Assembly: GCA_012295275.1 (NCBI GenBank)
Contig: CM022671.1
Coordinates: forward strand, 22,010,001 to 22,074,000
Reading direction: 5' to 3'
DNA: 64,000 nt
Origin: Chrysomallon squamiferum
Lineage: Eukaryota; Animalia; Mollusca
Part shown: piece by piece, positions 19,638 to 33,755 of the stretch
How the letters are laid out: each line of letters begins with the position of its first letter
Numbering within the stretch: the first letter of the stretch is position 1
The notes under the pieces: generated by a model
The model's input: only the letters and a program-made list of their open reading frames with translations
Databases searched by the model: none
What the model was told of the DNA's origin: nothing
Program-made: the position numbers and the translations under genes

Positions 19638-21273
19638 GTAAAAAAAAAGAAAATATACAAACTACATACAAGCTGTTTATTTTCAACATCAGCTGTTGAC
19701 AATATATTCTTTATTTTATTTTTTGGTAAATTTTTGGCAGTATATTTAAAACTGCTGACAAGAAATGAAACAACTCATTTTAAACAGTAATGTGAAATTT
19801 AATGGGACTTTTTTCTTTATAATAAACAACCAAAAATTTTAACAATTATTAATGATCATTTAATTTGTTTTTTCAAAACTGTTAAACTGTATTGAACATT
19901 ATGCTATAAAATGAAGGAATAAAATGCTAACAAAAATCTGAACTAAAGTAACTTTAAAAATAAAATACAGGAAATAATTAATATGTAATATGCCATTTTC
20001 TCGTATAACAATAACAGACACTGAGGGAAAAAAATGTAAAAAAAAAATGTCTTAAGAACTCCAAATTTAAGTTGAAAGTATAATAATTAATCAAATGAAC
20101 TTTCAGTCAAATTTAATTCCAAAAAAACTGGTTTAAAGTACTGTAACTTGTGAATTTTTTTTTCATTTCAGAGAACTTTTCATTTAAACTGGGGTTGAAA
20201 TACATTAACTTTATATATAAAAATTTTGAATTAAAAAAAGCTTTTTATAAAATAAAATAAAAATTCATACATTGAAATTGTTTTTTAAAGATGTATTTAG
20301 ATGTTGTTATTAAACAAGCCATCTCTATTTACAAAATTTTAATTCATATCAACTATAAAATATATTACAGTAAAACAAATTATCTAAGAATATTTAAAGC
20401 TTTGTGAATAAAATAATAATAATAATAAAACAAACACACCAAAAAAGAAAAACATTTTTCATTTCATCTTTTGAGGTTTAAATTACCGTTAAACAAATCA
20501 ATTCATTTGAACAAAATATAAATTCATATTAACTACAATGTCTGTAAAACAGATAAAAAGGATATATTTTTTTTTTTTCCAGATAATATTGGCCAGTTCC
20601 AGCTGATAACTTCTGCGTTATTTATCGAACTTGTTTGCATAGTTTCATTTCACATTTTAAAATGTTGTTTCCTACATAATATTTTGAATCACAAGAAATG
20701 TGATGACCATTATTCCTAGCAAATTTATTGTTATTCTTAATTTATTGGAAGAAGTATTTCTATCTTATACATTTCATCAGACTTTGACACAGATATCAAG
20801 GTTTTCAGATGACTGCTTTTTGTATAAATTTCAACCCCTTCCCACCAGAAAATTATAATTTTAAAAAGCACTTATTTTCAAGGAAAGCAGAAGACAGAAA
20901 TATAAAAATTAAAAAATAATAATAATAATAATAACAATAAAATAAATAAGTAAACAGGATAATTAATCTTTGGAGATCACTTAATGTCTTTGAAAACAAC
21001 CGAATATATAAAATTTTAAAAATTAAAAATTAAAAAAGAAAAATTAAACATCCCTCCGGGATGACTTGCCCCCCATTATAATCACCTCATTATCAGAAAT
21101 TCACAGAACCATTTGACTAGTCATGTTTCCTGACCTTCATTTCAGAGCATTCACTGAATGTGGTAACGGAGTTGTGGACATCAAATCTTGTGAGGAATTC
21201 AAATAACAATCTCTGAGGTTTTCTCTTCAATCGGCTAATTAACACCTATTTAAATTTGTGAGTTTCTTTCCAT

Positions 21274-24200
21274 TCAAGATTTCAACCAAGGATGAGCTTC
21301 CACAGCTGCTTTGCTTCTGTCACCGTAATCATACAGGAGTTCCTCCCCTTGTCTGATGTCTCGTGAAGCAACGAGGATGAGGTACGGATGTTTATTAATG
21401 TCTACAACTTTTGTTTGGCAGTTGCTGTCCAGACGGCTGTGGTTCAAAAGTCGACCGAGATAAGGGCTTTCTGCTGTGGCATCAACACTGAAATGAATGA
21501 ATAAATGAATGAATAAACGAATGAAAGGACAGAGGAAAGAGAGAAAGAGTCTGTCACTCTTTCATGAATTAAGCTGTTCTTTAATTTAAAAAAAAATGAA
21601 AGATGTGACTGCAAAGGAAAGCAATGATTCTTTGATATAACAAAAAATATTAATACAAAATCATGTTATAAAACTGAAATATTCACTGACAGTTGATTGT
21701 AGTTGAATAAAGACTTTCAGTCTGAGTTAGTTAGGCTGTTTTTTAACCTTCCCATTTGTATTTAATCTAAAAACAAATAAAAATGACTTTGTAAATTGGA
21801 TGAACAAAGAGAAACAGAGTAACTAAAGTTATATCAATGGTTGAATATAATAATGAATTATAAGTTGATTTAAAAAAAAAAAATTAAAATAAATAAATAA
21901 AACTAAACAATGCTTTTTGCTATTGATAAAGTATGCAGAAGTGGATAGATGTAACTTTCAGGATACATTAATCTTCATTAAACACACACACACACACACA
22001 AATTTGAACGTGAAATAATGTGTCACAGTGCTTTCTATGTCTATTTGCATATTATATGATATATCATGAGTAATGTTTGGGTTTAAAGTGAGCAGACTAA
22101 AATTCAAAAAAAAAAAAAAAAAAACACTAACCAGTACTGTTTATCCTTGAAAACAAAATAGTACATGTAGCAGCCAATGTCTGGATTTTCTGAATACTGA
22201 CTCTCTTTCTGCTTGGCCTGTCCCATGTCTATCAGATCACCAACATACTCCACAACAAACTCTCCTTTCTTGAACTCTCTCGTTGATATGACACCTCTGC
22301 CTTTACCTTCGATCTCAACAACCTGTGACAAAATAAATAAACAGGGGTGAATTATCATTGCTAATTAATTTAAAATATTTTGTAAATTCTAAAGCTTGAT
22401 TTAAAATCACTTTGTGAATTTCACAGATGACTGCAATAATATCATTCTTGAATTTAAAACTATCATTCTGAAATACATGGCATACCAATATTAAAACAAA
22501 TATTTTATTTATTTATTTTGTTTTGTGAAATTCAAATACTATGAGCTGTAACATTTTTTGATAATGGATAGTTCTTTATTTCTTCCAGGAAAATGACATA
22601 AATTTATTATTTGTTTACCATTTAATGAATAAGAAATGTATTTATCATGTCAAATATTTCAAATAATTAATTAATTACAGAAATAAAAAATAAAAAATTT
22701 CTTTTATCCCATATCAGAATCACTTTTAAGTTACACTTTACCTTAATTAGTACATAACAAAATATACACTGGTTTTAGACATTTCAATGAATAGTAAGAT
22801 TTTTCATTTTATCAGTAACAATACTGCTGATGACTTAAAAATAACTTTTATATTTACTATGTGGTAACTTTGTAATATGGTAACACATTTTCTCTCACAG
22901 ACATATTAAAAAGGAGTTTATTTAAAAAAAAACATTAATTTGTATTTCAACAATCAAATGAGGAGCTGTAAAAAAAATGAAAAGTGTTCATATAAAAGAG
23001 AAAGAAATACCTTAAGTCCATCTTCAGACTTTGACAAAATTTTCTCTTCCAAATCTTTCTGTTGATCTTTCTAGAGAAAAAAAAGAAAAACAGAAAATTA
23101 ATTTTAAAGTAGTTCTTTTCATATTTAATTATTATATTAACAAACTTGCTAATGATTTTCATTTGGTTTATTACTTTTTGCATACTTGAATAACAAAATG
23201 CTGAATATAAAATTTAGGTATGTTTAAAAAAAAAAAAAAAAAAATCCATGTCGAGAGAAAATAAATAATAAGTGTAACATATACTATATTACTAATATTA
23301 ATAGATTAAATGAAGACATTCTAAATTTTAATTAACTGACTTTCAAAGAAGAAGCACACTGTCGCCCACTTCGTCTGACAGGAAAATAATCAGTTATTGT
23401 TTTGCTCTGAACTTCAGTTTTCCTTAAAATAAATAAAAATACAAAATAGCTATAAATTTACTTTCGTCAACCATAAAGATCCCATGTAAAAATATATATA
23501 TATATATATAAAAATGTAAATTACAAATCAATTAGCAATTCATAATGAAACTATTATACGTACTTCAGAGAAAGAAATTTCCAGATTTGTAATAGCAATA
23601 CTTGATTATATTTCTTTTTATTTGGTCAGAAATTTTTATATGTTGGAGAATGATGACTAGAAAATGTATTTATAATTATAATCTGTGCTCCTATCATGAT
23701 AAAAAAAAGTATTAGAGACCTTAAAAAATATTTTTAACTTACTTCTTTCTCGATGATTTGGCTTGTCCAACTGTAAATTTTTCCTCTGCCATTACAGAAT
23801 GTGCTGATTTCACCCTGCCTTTCCTACCCCTTCTCTTTTTCGTACCTGATGTGGGTGCTGTTTTAGATGTATTTTCACTTTCTTTGGTCAATACTTTTAC
23901 ATGTTCGGTTTCTTTTTCACTATTTTGTGCCTTTACATCACAGTTTTTACAAGATCCCACAAATATTTTGTTATCTTCAACACACGTTTTTGCCTCTTCC
24001 AACTCTGCATCTTGCACTTTGACTGGTGATGAATCAGGAGTCAGAAGCACTGATGAAGATAACAACGAATCTTCAACATCTTGAAAATAAAACATAAATT
24101 TTTTTGTTTTCAATAAGCTCTTTAGTCTTCCATTTTATTATTATGTGTATGTAAATCTGTTATTATTAGATAAAAAAATCCATCAAGGTTTTCATTAGAA

Positions 24201-24428
24201 AAATAAATCCATACAACTTCTGGACAAAAATTTAATCTACATTTAATGACTTTATTAATACAATATCAATGGATTTTGTTTCTAACCTGATGATTACAGA
24301 TTACATTTAATACATAAATTGCACTCACCAGGTTTCTTATCAGATTGAGAATGTGAACCGGGATGATAGAAGTCTGAGATTTTTGAAGGAGAAAGGGGAA
24401 TACTTCTTATTTCTTCACATGTCGCCAT
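21274..24428 (-). CDS. KMT5A: Histone H4K20 monomethyltransferase SETD8/KMT5A (PR-Set7), 6 coding exons
   Basis: Exons (minus strand): 24428-24329 (MATCEEIRSIPLSPSKISDFY...), 24079-23743, 23422-23341 (QSKTITDYFPVRRSGR, PIP degron), 23070-23011, 22322-22132 (GKGRGVISTREFKKGEFVVEYVGDLI...GCYMYYF), 21487-21274 (CVDATAESPYLGRLLNHS...ELLYDYGDRSKAAVEAHPWLKS*). All introns are GT-AG with consistent phases. The SET motifs NHS and ELLYDY and the C-terminal HPWL are diagnostic of SETD8. The start codon is inferred from an in-frame TAA just upstream. Confidence 0.95.
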
Positions 24429-24649
24429 AATGTAACTGTCAGCTTGTTCTTCCAGACATTAAACATCTGAAGATTTAAAATAACCAAAATGTACATTCAT
24501 GCACAAATCCAATGAAATTGAACTGAAACACTCCACTCACCACGTCCACTGTCAACAAATAAATCATTTAATTTTAAGTAATGTTTTCTGTACTGCTAAA
24601 AGTTAAACCAAAAAAGGTATTTTTATGCCAATTTATGTATTACAAAAAT

Positions 24650-25987
24650 ATTTTAAATAAGTTTTTAAGGTCGCTTATGGTTATAAATTATCTGCCACTT
24701 TTGCATGTGGCAGAGAAGAAACCGAAACGAATCAAACTTGGGTTCTGTATACATAACATTAACAAAGCATTTTATCACTTACGCTTTTCAGTTTTTGTTT
24801 TAAATAGTAATTTGTACGAATGCACGAATATAAGAATAATATATTTATTTATTTATTTATTTAAAATGTAGAATCAGAAGAAACCACAAACAACTTAATG
24901 CACATTATCGAATTATGGTAATCAAATTATAGAATTTAATTTTCAGTATGTCGTTTTCACTGTGACCTGTTGCTAGCGTAAGCGAAATTGTCGGGCTGTC
25001 GTTACAGATTGTTTTATTATCGTATCTGTTAAGATAGCTCTTCAAAACTAAATTTAAAACATATCAGTTTTCCTTTAACTATAACTCGAATTATTCGACT
25101 AATCCGAGTAATCGTATCGGTCTCCTTAATCGTAATTTAATGCTAAGCCTAATGCTACTTTGTTAGTAATGGCTTATCTTAGTATCTACAACTACGAGAG
25201 AAATTAACAAGGCATTCAGTAAATTAATTGACTCATTTCCTTGGGGTTTCCTTATAAAAGTTATAAAAATTAAAACGAATTATAATGATTTATATTCTTA
25301 TATAATACCTATAGAAATCCAACTTCAAGAAATTAACATAACGTCCACTGAATTTTCAAAAGAAAACAAAATCAGTCATCAATTTTATAAATTAAAACAT
25401 TTATTTTGGATAAATGGTGTTCATTGGTTAAAATGCAAAGGACATCGATTCAAAGTACCATTTGATTGGTTTTAACCTATAATCGACTGACTAAACACTA
25501 CCGTTATGAAATAGTGAAACATCGTTATTTTATGCGGAATATTCGAGAAATTAACGGTTTATGTAGCAGGTGGTTTCACGGAAACTAATAACTGAACAAC
25601 CGATGTACAGTTGTTGTATGTAACTCGTAGCGCGATATATTATAAAAATAATTTGAACTATTATAATTATAGCTGTAAAGTTCTCCCTCTTTTTAAATAG
25701 CCAGTACATTTTTAATGATATTTACCTTTGAAAAATTACATTGTAGAAAAAAATAAAAAGTTTAAAAACAAAATAACAATCGACCAGTTTTACATATAAT
25801 TTACCAGTCATTGAAAATAATAATAATAATAATAATAAATATGTTTTCGTATGAATAACTCAAATTACAGTTAAGAACAATTTTTATGTGTAAATATTTG
25901 GTACAAAAAATCCTGCACTTTTTAAACATTTTAACACAAAATATTTTAAATCAAATAAACATTAGTAAAGGTAGAAACGAAAACCAC

Positions 25988-26044
<57 letters not shown>

Positions 26045-26550
26045 GGTTTATTACATTTTAACTCTCTTCTTTTTGTCTAATTAATCAACAAATGATGAAT
26101 CACAAATAAGACTATGGAATTAGACAGTAGTAGCAAGAGAATTCTGGGTACAGTGAGGCAAATGGCCGAGTATGTTATTGGAAGTGCGTAACGTTGTACT
26201 CCACAAATTATGGCAACAGAAGCAAATGTAAGACAGTAAAGACGTCAGACACCTAATAAATATGATAATTATAGTTAGATCTTCATAATATAAATATTTA
26301 AATCTTAATACTATGTAATTATTTCACACAGCAACGTTATAACGATTTTTCAAACTACCACCTAAGTTAACTTTGAGTCAATTGCGGAAGTAAACATTCG
26401 GCGAACTGATATATGTGATACCTTATCTTCTGTCATAGACATTTTATAATTTAATATTTATTAAAAATAAAATATTTTCTAACGGTGTTGAAATTCAGTA
26501 ATAAATTGACTAAACGTCAAAGGTCTAAAATACTTCATAATAAACAGTTC
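24650..26550. promoter_or_regulatory. Divergent (bidirectional) promoter region between SETD8 and SBNO1
   Basis: The two start codons are ~1.8 kb apart and point away from each other. CpGs persist here between CpG-depleted gene bodies. CCAAT boxes (minus strand) at 25423-25427 and 25465-25469. Candidate non-coding SETD8 exon 1 at ~25349-25309 with donor TAG|GTATTA. Confidence 0.7.
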
Positions 26551-29500
26551 AGATGTGAGATAGTTGTTACAGTCATAATACTAAGAGACTTACAGAGTAA
26601 AGGATGTTAATTTTTATTTGTATGTTAATACAGATTTGTAGTTGTAGTATACCAGTTTAACTATATACCCTGAGTATTACATACATACAACAACAATAAT
26701 AATATTAAGAAAAAAAAACTGCATAGAGATTAACAGTTTGCATGTTTTTGGCACTGATGCACTATATTACTGGTTAAATCTTCTTTATAATGGTATAGTT
26801 ACCCACATGTTATTATGTATTAAACACTTGCTTGTCAAATTCATGTCCAGTGGTCTTTTCTGAATTGTTCCCAATATATAGTTTTATTTTTTTAATTTAT
26901 TATTATTATACAAATATATTTTGTTAACCTGCAGTAACAAAGATGAACAAAAAAAAACAAAAAAACAAAATTGTAAATTATAATTCTTTTTATTTTAATT
27001 AGTTAGTGTCATATTTCTTATTTATTTCAGTTACAGCTGGAAAGATATCTTTGATAAAATGTTATTTCTTTCTTTCAGAATTCTTTCCAAGATTTGTTAT
27101 CAGCTGCATTAGATGAATCGGGAATTACTGGAAATGACTTAGAAGATTTTGGATTTGATCTAACCCAACCCGCTAGTGGTTTTAACAGTCTCACTGGATC
27201 AGTAAGTATTCAAAAAATGTATTATTTTTATTTATGTATATACACATAACTTGGTGTTGATTGTTTGGTAAATTTGTTTACTCTTAAAGCTCTCTAGGCG
27301 TGCATTACATGCTTTAAACGAAGATAGACTAGTGTAATAGTGGTCACTAATAGAAAATAGAGGAGAATTTAACAGATTTGATTAGGAGGCAGCTTGAGGA
27401 TATGATTGTTATAACTGCTTGCAGGCTTAGGCCTGATGGTTTAAAAATAATCGTTGTTACAGTGTTACCTTCTTTAACTACCACACCACAACCAAGATCC
27501 CTTTCTTCATATTCTGTAGGTTTTGTACCAGGCTTCTTTGATATATTATTTCTCACTTACAGTTCTTCAACAATTTTGTTTTTCTCTTGAGTATTAATAA
27601 CTCCCACAGAAAAGTAATATTAAACCAGCATATTAACATTTACAATGCATATACTATATTGTATATATATATTACAATATGTTGTTATAGTTTACTGTTG
27701 TTGAGTATTAAATACAACAGTTTCTTTCATTATATTTTTGTATTTACGTAATGTCTGTTGCTTTTCAGGGCTCAGATTATGCATTAAGTTCCAGTCCATT
27801 GTCCATTGGCAAGGATGATTCATACAGGCAAATGGTATCATCGCCATCACTTAGAGTTAACACATCTAGTCCTGTAAGCTTTTTCTTCTTGGGGAATATG
27901 TGCTCTCCCATACTTATAAATTATATATGATTTTATATATTTGTAGACTCACAGACAGACAGCATGCTCACATGCACAGACAAAAAATGTATAATTATAT
28001 GTTAAAATGTAAATCATAATATTTTGTCATGAAGATATGGATTATATTTTTTAATTCTTAATTTTTTATTTAAGTGTTGTAAATATTGCTTATAGTAAGC
28101 AGTGAGTGTTTGATTTCAAAAATCATTTATTTCAGACATTGTAATGGTATAATAACTTGGTAAGATTTTGGTATAATATAACTGATTCGTAACAATTTTA
28201 TTATGTAAAATAGATAAAAAAAAGATTTTCATCTATTCTGATACAACTCGTATAGATTAATAGCACAGATAGCAAAACATGTTTGAAATAAGTTGTTTTA
28301 AAAATTTAATGTATTCTATAAATTATTTCAGGTACTGGGGCAGACAATCCATAGACCAGTGGCAACACATGCTGTACCAGGTCAGGCATCAGTGGTGCCC
28401 AAAATCATTCAGATTCCCAGCACAAAGGGAAATCCAACTGTAATCTCAGGTGTATCAACCTTGCCATCAAATCTCTCTCGATCTCTGCTCCAGACTGGGT
28501 CTCCGGGTCAGCCACGGGTAATAACAATTCGGCGGTTCGGATCAGGTAACAACGTGGGTGCCAAACAAACAATCACCCTGGCTCCCCAGTCTGGAGGGGT
28601 GGGAAATGCAAAATACATAGTGACCAACGGGGCAAAACATAAGCACACTGATCGACAGGAATGCACTGCAGCTTGGGAACGTGAAAACAACTCTTTCGGG
28701 CAATGGCCTTAACGGTCAGGTCATTCAGGCCGGCTCGCCCATTCACGTGATCAGCAAAGCTGGACTCAGTGGCGGAAAGATAATTTCCGTAACATCAAGT
28801 TCAGGTGTTCCGTTTTCAACCGCAAGTGCCACCACCATACACCGGTCAGCATCCACCGGTCAGTTTCAGACGGTGACCAACAATTCGGTGCAGAGGGCCA
28901 ACATGGCAACGTATTCCACAGCCTCTCCACTGCACCGATCAGCGACTATTTCCAGTTTCCAGATGAAAAACAAAGCCGGGGATCAGTCGCATTCTCAGCT
29001 CACAGCACTGCAGGCGTTCTCACAGCTTCAGAGACTGAAGAATGGCGACAGCTTGCCACCTCGCACTGTTGTGAGTCTGTCTTCAGTTTCACCGGGCTCG
29101 CCAGGCGGAAATGTACCCACTCTAGTGTCACACATGGACGACAGGAACAATAGTTTTTTTAATGGCTCAAATATTCATGCGACAGTAACCAACAAAGATA
29201 TCTCCAGGATATGGTCCAATGACGATGTTCGTATGAAAACTATCCAGGTATGTTTTAATTTACTTGTACAACTTACAAATTCTATATCAAATTCATAATA
29301 GCAAATAGCATAATCTAGTCAAGTTGTTTTCATTTTTATTGGTTCCATGAATGAATACGTAAAGATATGTAATACATAAATGTTAAACTTGTGTAAATAT
29401 ATCTTAGATATCTTTTTAAACCCAGTTTTATTTGTTATGTATTTAAATATATATATATTTCTCTGTCTGTTAGTATTAAATTGCATTGAATGACTTATTT

Positions 29501-32500
29501 TATGTTTGTTTGTTTTTAAAATTACATCACAGACTAAAATCTACTGAATGTTAAATTGTAGGAGACAATTATTATATGTGACGTTTTTGATAATTGTTTC
29601 ACCAAGTTGTCACTGTGGTTTTTATACTGTATAAACAGAAATTCAGAAAAGTAACAGCATTTTTATTTTAAAAAACCCAACAAAAACAAAACTGACCTAC
29701 AGCTGATCAAACAAAGTGATAATGTTAGTTGTTAAGAAGAATTATTTAACATAAATTTGACATCATGAGTTATTTGAAAAATGTGAATGACAAATCCCAA
29801 GTATTAATGTATTAAATTAACAATATCACTGATAAGAATAGATGAATGTTTAATGAAAGCCAATCCCCACATCCCTGATATAAATACTGTATTTATATAT
29901 TTATTTAACAGTCTCAAAGGCAGTATCAGAACAGACCAAGGACAGCATTAGAAGAAGAAGAAGTAGAAGAAGAGGTTGAACAATTAGGACATGCAGAAAC
30001 ATACTCTGAGTACATGCCACCTAAATGTAAGTTGTTATATTTATCTGTGAAAAGTATTACTGTTTTAATATTTAAAAACCTTTTACAGATTCTTTTTCTG
30101 AAGACACTTATTACTGTTTAACATTTTGAAAGCTTTAACATATCTTTTTCTGAATACAGGTATGAAAATTATTACTGCTTAATATTTTGAAAACTTTTTG
30201 AAGATGCTTTTCTTTTCTTTGAACACTATGGTCAAGTTTTGTCTGTTTTTTTAAATTAGTTATTCTTAATAATAATTTTTTATTTTTTTTATTTTTTTTA
30301 TTGTAATATAATAATTTTTTTGTAATTTTTAGTAAAAATTGGAGAGAAACATCCAGATCCTGTGGTTGAAACAAGCTCGCTGTCGAGTGTTGAACCACCA
30401 GACGTCTACTACAAGTTGTGTATTCCTGAGAATGTCATTGACTCTTGCATGTTATCAGCTTTGCAGCTAGAAACAATTGTGTATTCAGGGCAGCGTCATC
30501 AGAACATACTTCCTAGTGGAAATAGAGCTGGCTTTCTTATCGGTATGCTCTAATATATGATATCCTTTATCATATATGTTTATATTTTGTCTTACCTCAA
30601 TAAAATATTTTTATTCTTATTTATTTTCTTCTTCTTCTTTTTTTTTTTTTTTAAGGATTTTAAGATAAACTGCATGATATTATAGGTTGATTTCTAAACA
30701 TGGTATTGGCTTTAAAGCTTTAATCCATTATTTTATTTTATTTTATTTTATTTTATTTTATTTTATTTTATTTTATTTTATTTTATTTTATTTTATTTCA
30801 TTTTATTTTTTATTTTTTTTTTTTTTTTTTATTTTTTATTTTTTATTTTTTATTTTTTTAAATTTTAATTTCAATATTGATTTTCTTGCTTTTATATTAT
30901 TATACTTTTTATTTTATTTTAAAAAACAACAGGGAAAAAGTAAAGGGTTTTTCCAATACACACAAACTTCTGTTTGGAACTAACTTTGGATTTCTTTTCA
31001 TTTTATTATGTGAATTCCATACTTCAGTATTAAAATATAATAACTGTTACAGTTTGTAGTAGGTTTCGTGGTAAATCATATTTGTTATAGCAGGTGTTAG
31101 AATTAAAGATCTGTATTTCAGGTGATGGAGCTGGTGTTGGGAAAGGCAGAACTATTGCAGGGATCATTTACGAAAATTATTTACAAGGCAGAAAAAGAGC
31201 TATTTGGTATGATGATTATTATAATCTAAAATAATGTAGTTATTTCAAATATTTTGCACAAAATATCATAAGCAGTTAATAATAAGCAGATTACCATCCA
31301 GAAACAAATTTTAATTCATGGATGTTGATGGTTACTGACAAAAAGAAGATCACAAAAAAAAAATGTGTAAAAATAGTTTTTCCATTTGCAAATAGCTAGT
31401 CCTGTATGTCTGGCAGATAATTTTAAATATCTTGAGTTTAGTATTTGTAAATTTTAACAACAGATAACTGACAACAAAAATAGAAATAATATATAAACTG
31501 AAGCAGAATCTTGAGTATTTTATAACAAGTTAATGAGAAATTTACACACAGAAGGAATAAACAGCAAAGTTTTTTGAATCATTAACAAAATATTAATTCA
31601 AATTTTGTAGGTTGAGTGTGTCGACAGATTTGAAAGTTGATGCTGAGCGTGATTTGCGAGACATAGGGGCAGGAAAAATAGAAGTACATCCTTTAAACAA
31701 GGTTAGCATATTATTTTATTTCTAGTGTCAACTTGGGCATTGGTCATTAGGTGTTATAGATCCAGCATCACTTGTTTTTAATCAAAAATTAAATTTCAGG
31801 TGAAATCTTTCTATGATTTTTTTTTTTTTTTTTTTCAAGTGAAGTTATCTAAAGATTATTTTTTATATTTCTCATTTTTATTGTTGATCTTATTTAAAAG
31901 TTACTATTTGCTGGCACTTTAGTTTAATTATTTTATTATTTTTTTTTGTATTACTATAATTATTGTTGTTGTTGTTGTCATTCATATTATATATATATAT
32001 ATTATTTTTTAATTTTATTTTTTATTTATTTCTTTTAATATTTAATCTTTTCTTTCTTTTAGTTCAAATATGCAAAAATCTCTTCCAAAGAAAATGGCAG
32101 TGTAAAGAAAGGTGTGATATTTTCCACCTACTCGTCACTGATTGGAGAGAGTCAGTCTGGTGGAAAGTACAAGACTCGGTTAAAACAGCTACTGAAGTGG
32201 TGTGGCAAAGACTTCGATGGATGTGTATCCTTGAAAAAAATATTAAAATTATACACTTAAATCTTATTGGTATTTGATTTTATTCAGTTACATATTCAGT
32301 GATTAGATTGCTTAAAGTTAAATCACATTGATTGATGATAGTGTCATTGAGTACAGATTAAAAGTAATAACTGAAATTATATACATGTGTCTGTTTACAT
32401 AAAATGTTTAAAATGAAACTGTGGTTTCAAAAAATGTTGGAGAATGAAGTCTTAAAAGTTTATGAAGAATATTGGAACTGTAATCTAAAGAATTTGAGCT

Positions 32501-33103
32501 TTCATTTTTTAATTATTTTTGTTTTAGTCTCTCTTTTGTTTCTTTTCTTTTATTTATATATTTTTTTTTTTTTATTATATTTTTTTTGTTGACAAAATAA
32601 ATCATTAATATAACTAGTGAGGTGCAGATAAAAGTACTTGTTTAAATTAACTGAATATATCAACATAGTCGTATATCTGTTTTATTAAAATAACATATAA
32701 GTACTCTTTTAAAATCCACTCTAATGCAAACATTTTAATTATGAAACACACCCTTTCTCTGGTTACATCCACAAAATTAGATCCTTGACCAGAACAAAGA
32801 TTGTGTTTGACGAATGTCACAAAGCCAAGAATCTGTGTCCAGTGGGTTCAAGCAAACCCACAAAGACTGGACAGACTGTTCTGGAGTTGCAGAATCGGTT
32901 ACCAAAAGCCAGAGTTGTCTACGCCAGTGCAACCGGAGCTTCTGAACCAAAGAACATGGCATACATGACTCGCCTAGGTCTGTGGGGAGCAGGCACGCCA
33001 TTTAAAGAATTCAACGATTTCATTCAGGCTGTAGAAAGAAGGTGAGCTTTCTTTGTTTAGAAATATGTTTTGATCTCTTTTGATCTTTGAATGTTTCATG
33101 CAT

Positions 33104-33153
<50 letters not shown>

Positions 33154-33697
33154 AAGTGAATGAATATTGCAATTTCCCATTGCAGTTAAATTGGAAAAAT
33201 AATAACACATTTTCAGCTGTTTTTCCATTGTGAAATGTTACTGAAATGTAAAAAAAAGAAAATTAAACTGCATATTTATTATGATGATAAAACTTTTTGT
33301 ACTCATAGAACTAGCACTGGTCACAAAACTATATTTTTAGTGAAATTTATTGGATGTGTTTTCCTTTTGTTTTGCTTTTACTCTCTGTATTAATTAATAT
33401 TGCATTATCTGAATTTCAGAGGTGTTGGTGCTATGGAGTTGGTAGCCATGGATATGAAACTGAGAGGAATGTATATAGCAAGACAGCTGAGTTTCCATGG
33501 TGTCTCATTCCGCATTGAAGAAATTCCTCTGCCAAAAAATTTCAAAGAAATCTATGACAATGCAGTGGAACTGGTAATAAATAAATTATTACTGTTATTA
33601 TTATTTAAAAAAACTAAATTAGCTTTTTTCAATTTATATATTTTAATTATATTTTAAATTAAATCCTTAATAAATATATGTATTTGTAAAAGACATG

Positions 33698-33755
<58 letters not shown>

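Noticed and set aside
28624-28709. Programmed ribosomal frameshifting in SBNO1 (and at 54226-54230 in RDH)
   Set aside because: No evident slippery heptamer plus stimulatory structure; single-base homopolymer over-calls explain both more simply
30560-30568. ATATCCTTT, a perfect U12 AT-AC donor sequence near the start of SBNO1 intron 6
   Set aside because: A canonical GT donor at 30543 keeps the conserved protein in frame, an in-frame stop precedes the motif, and no matching branch point/AC acceptor was found
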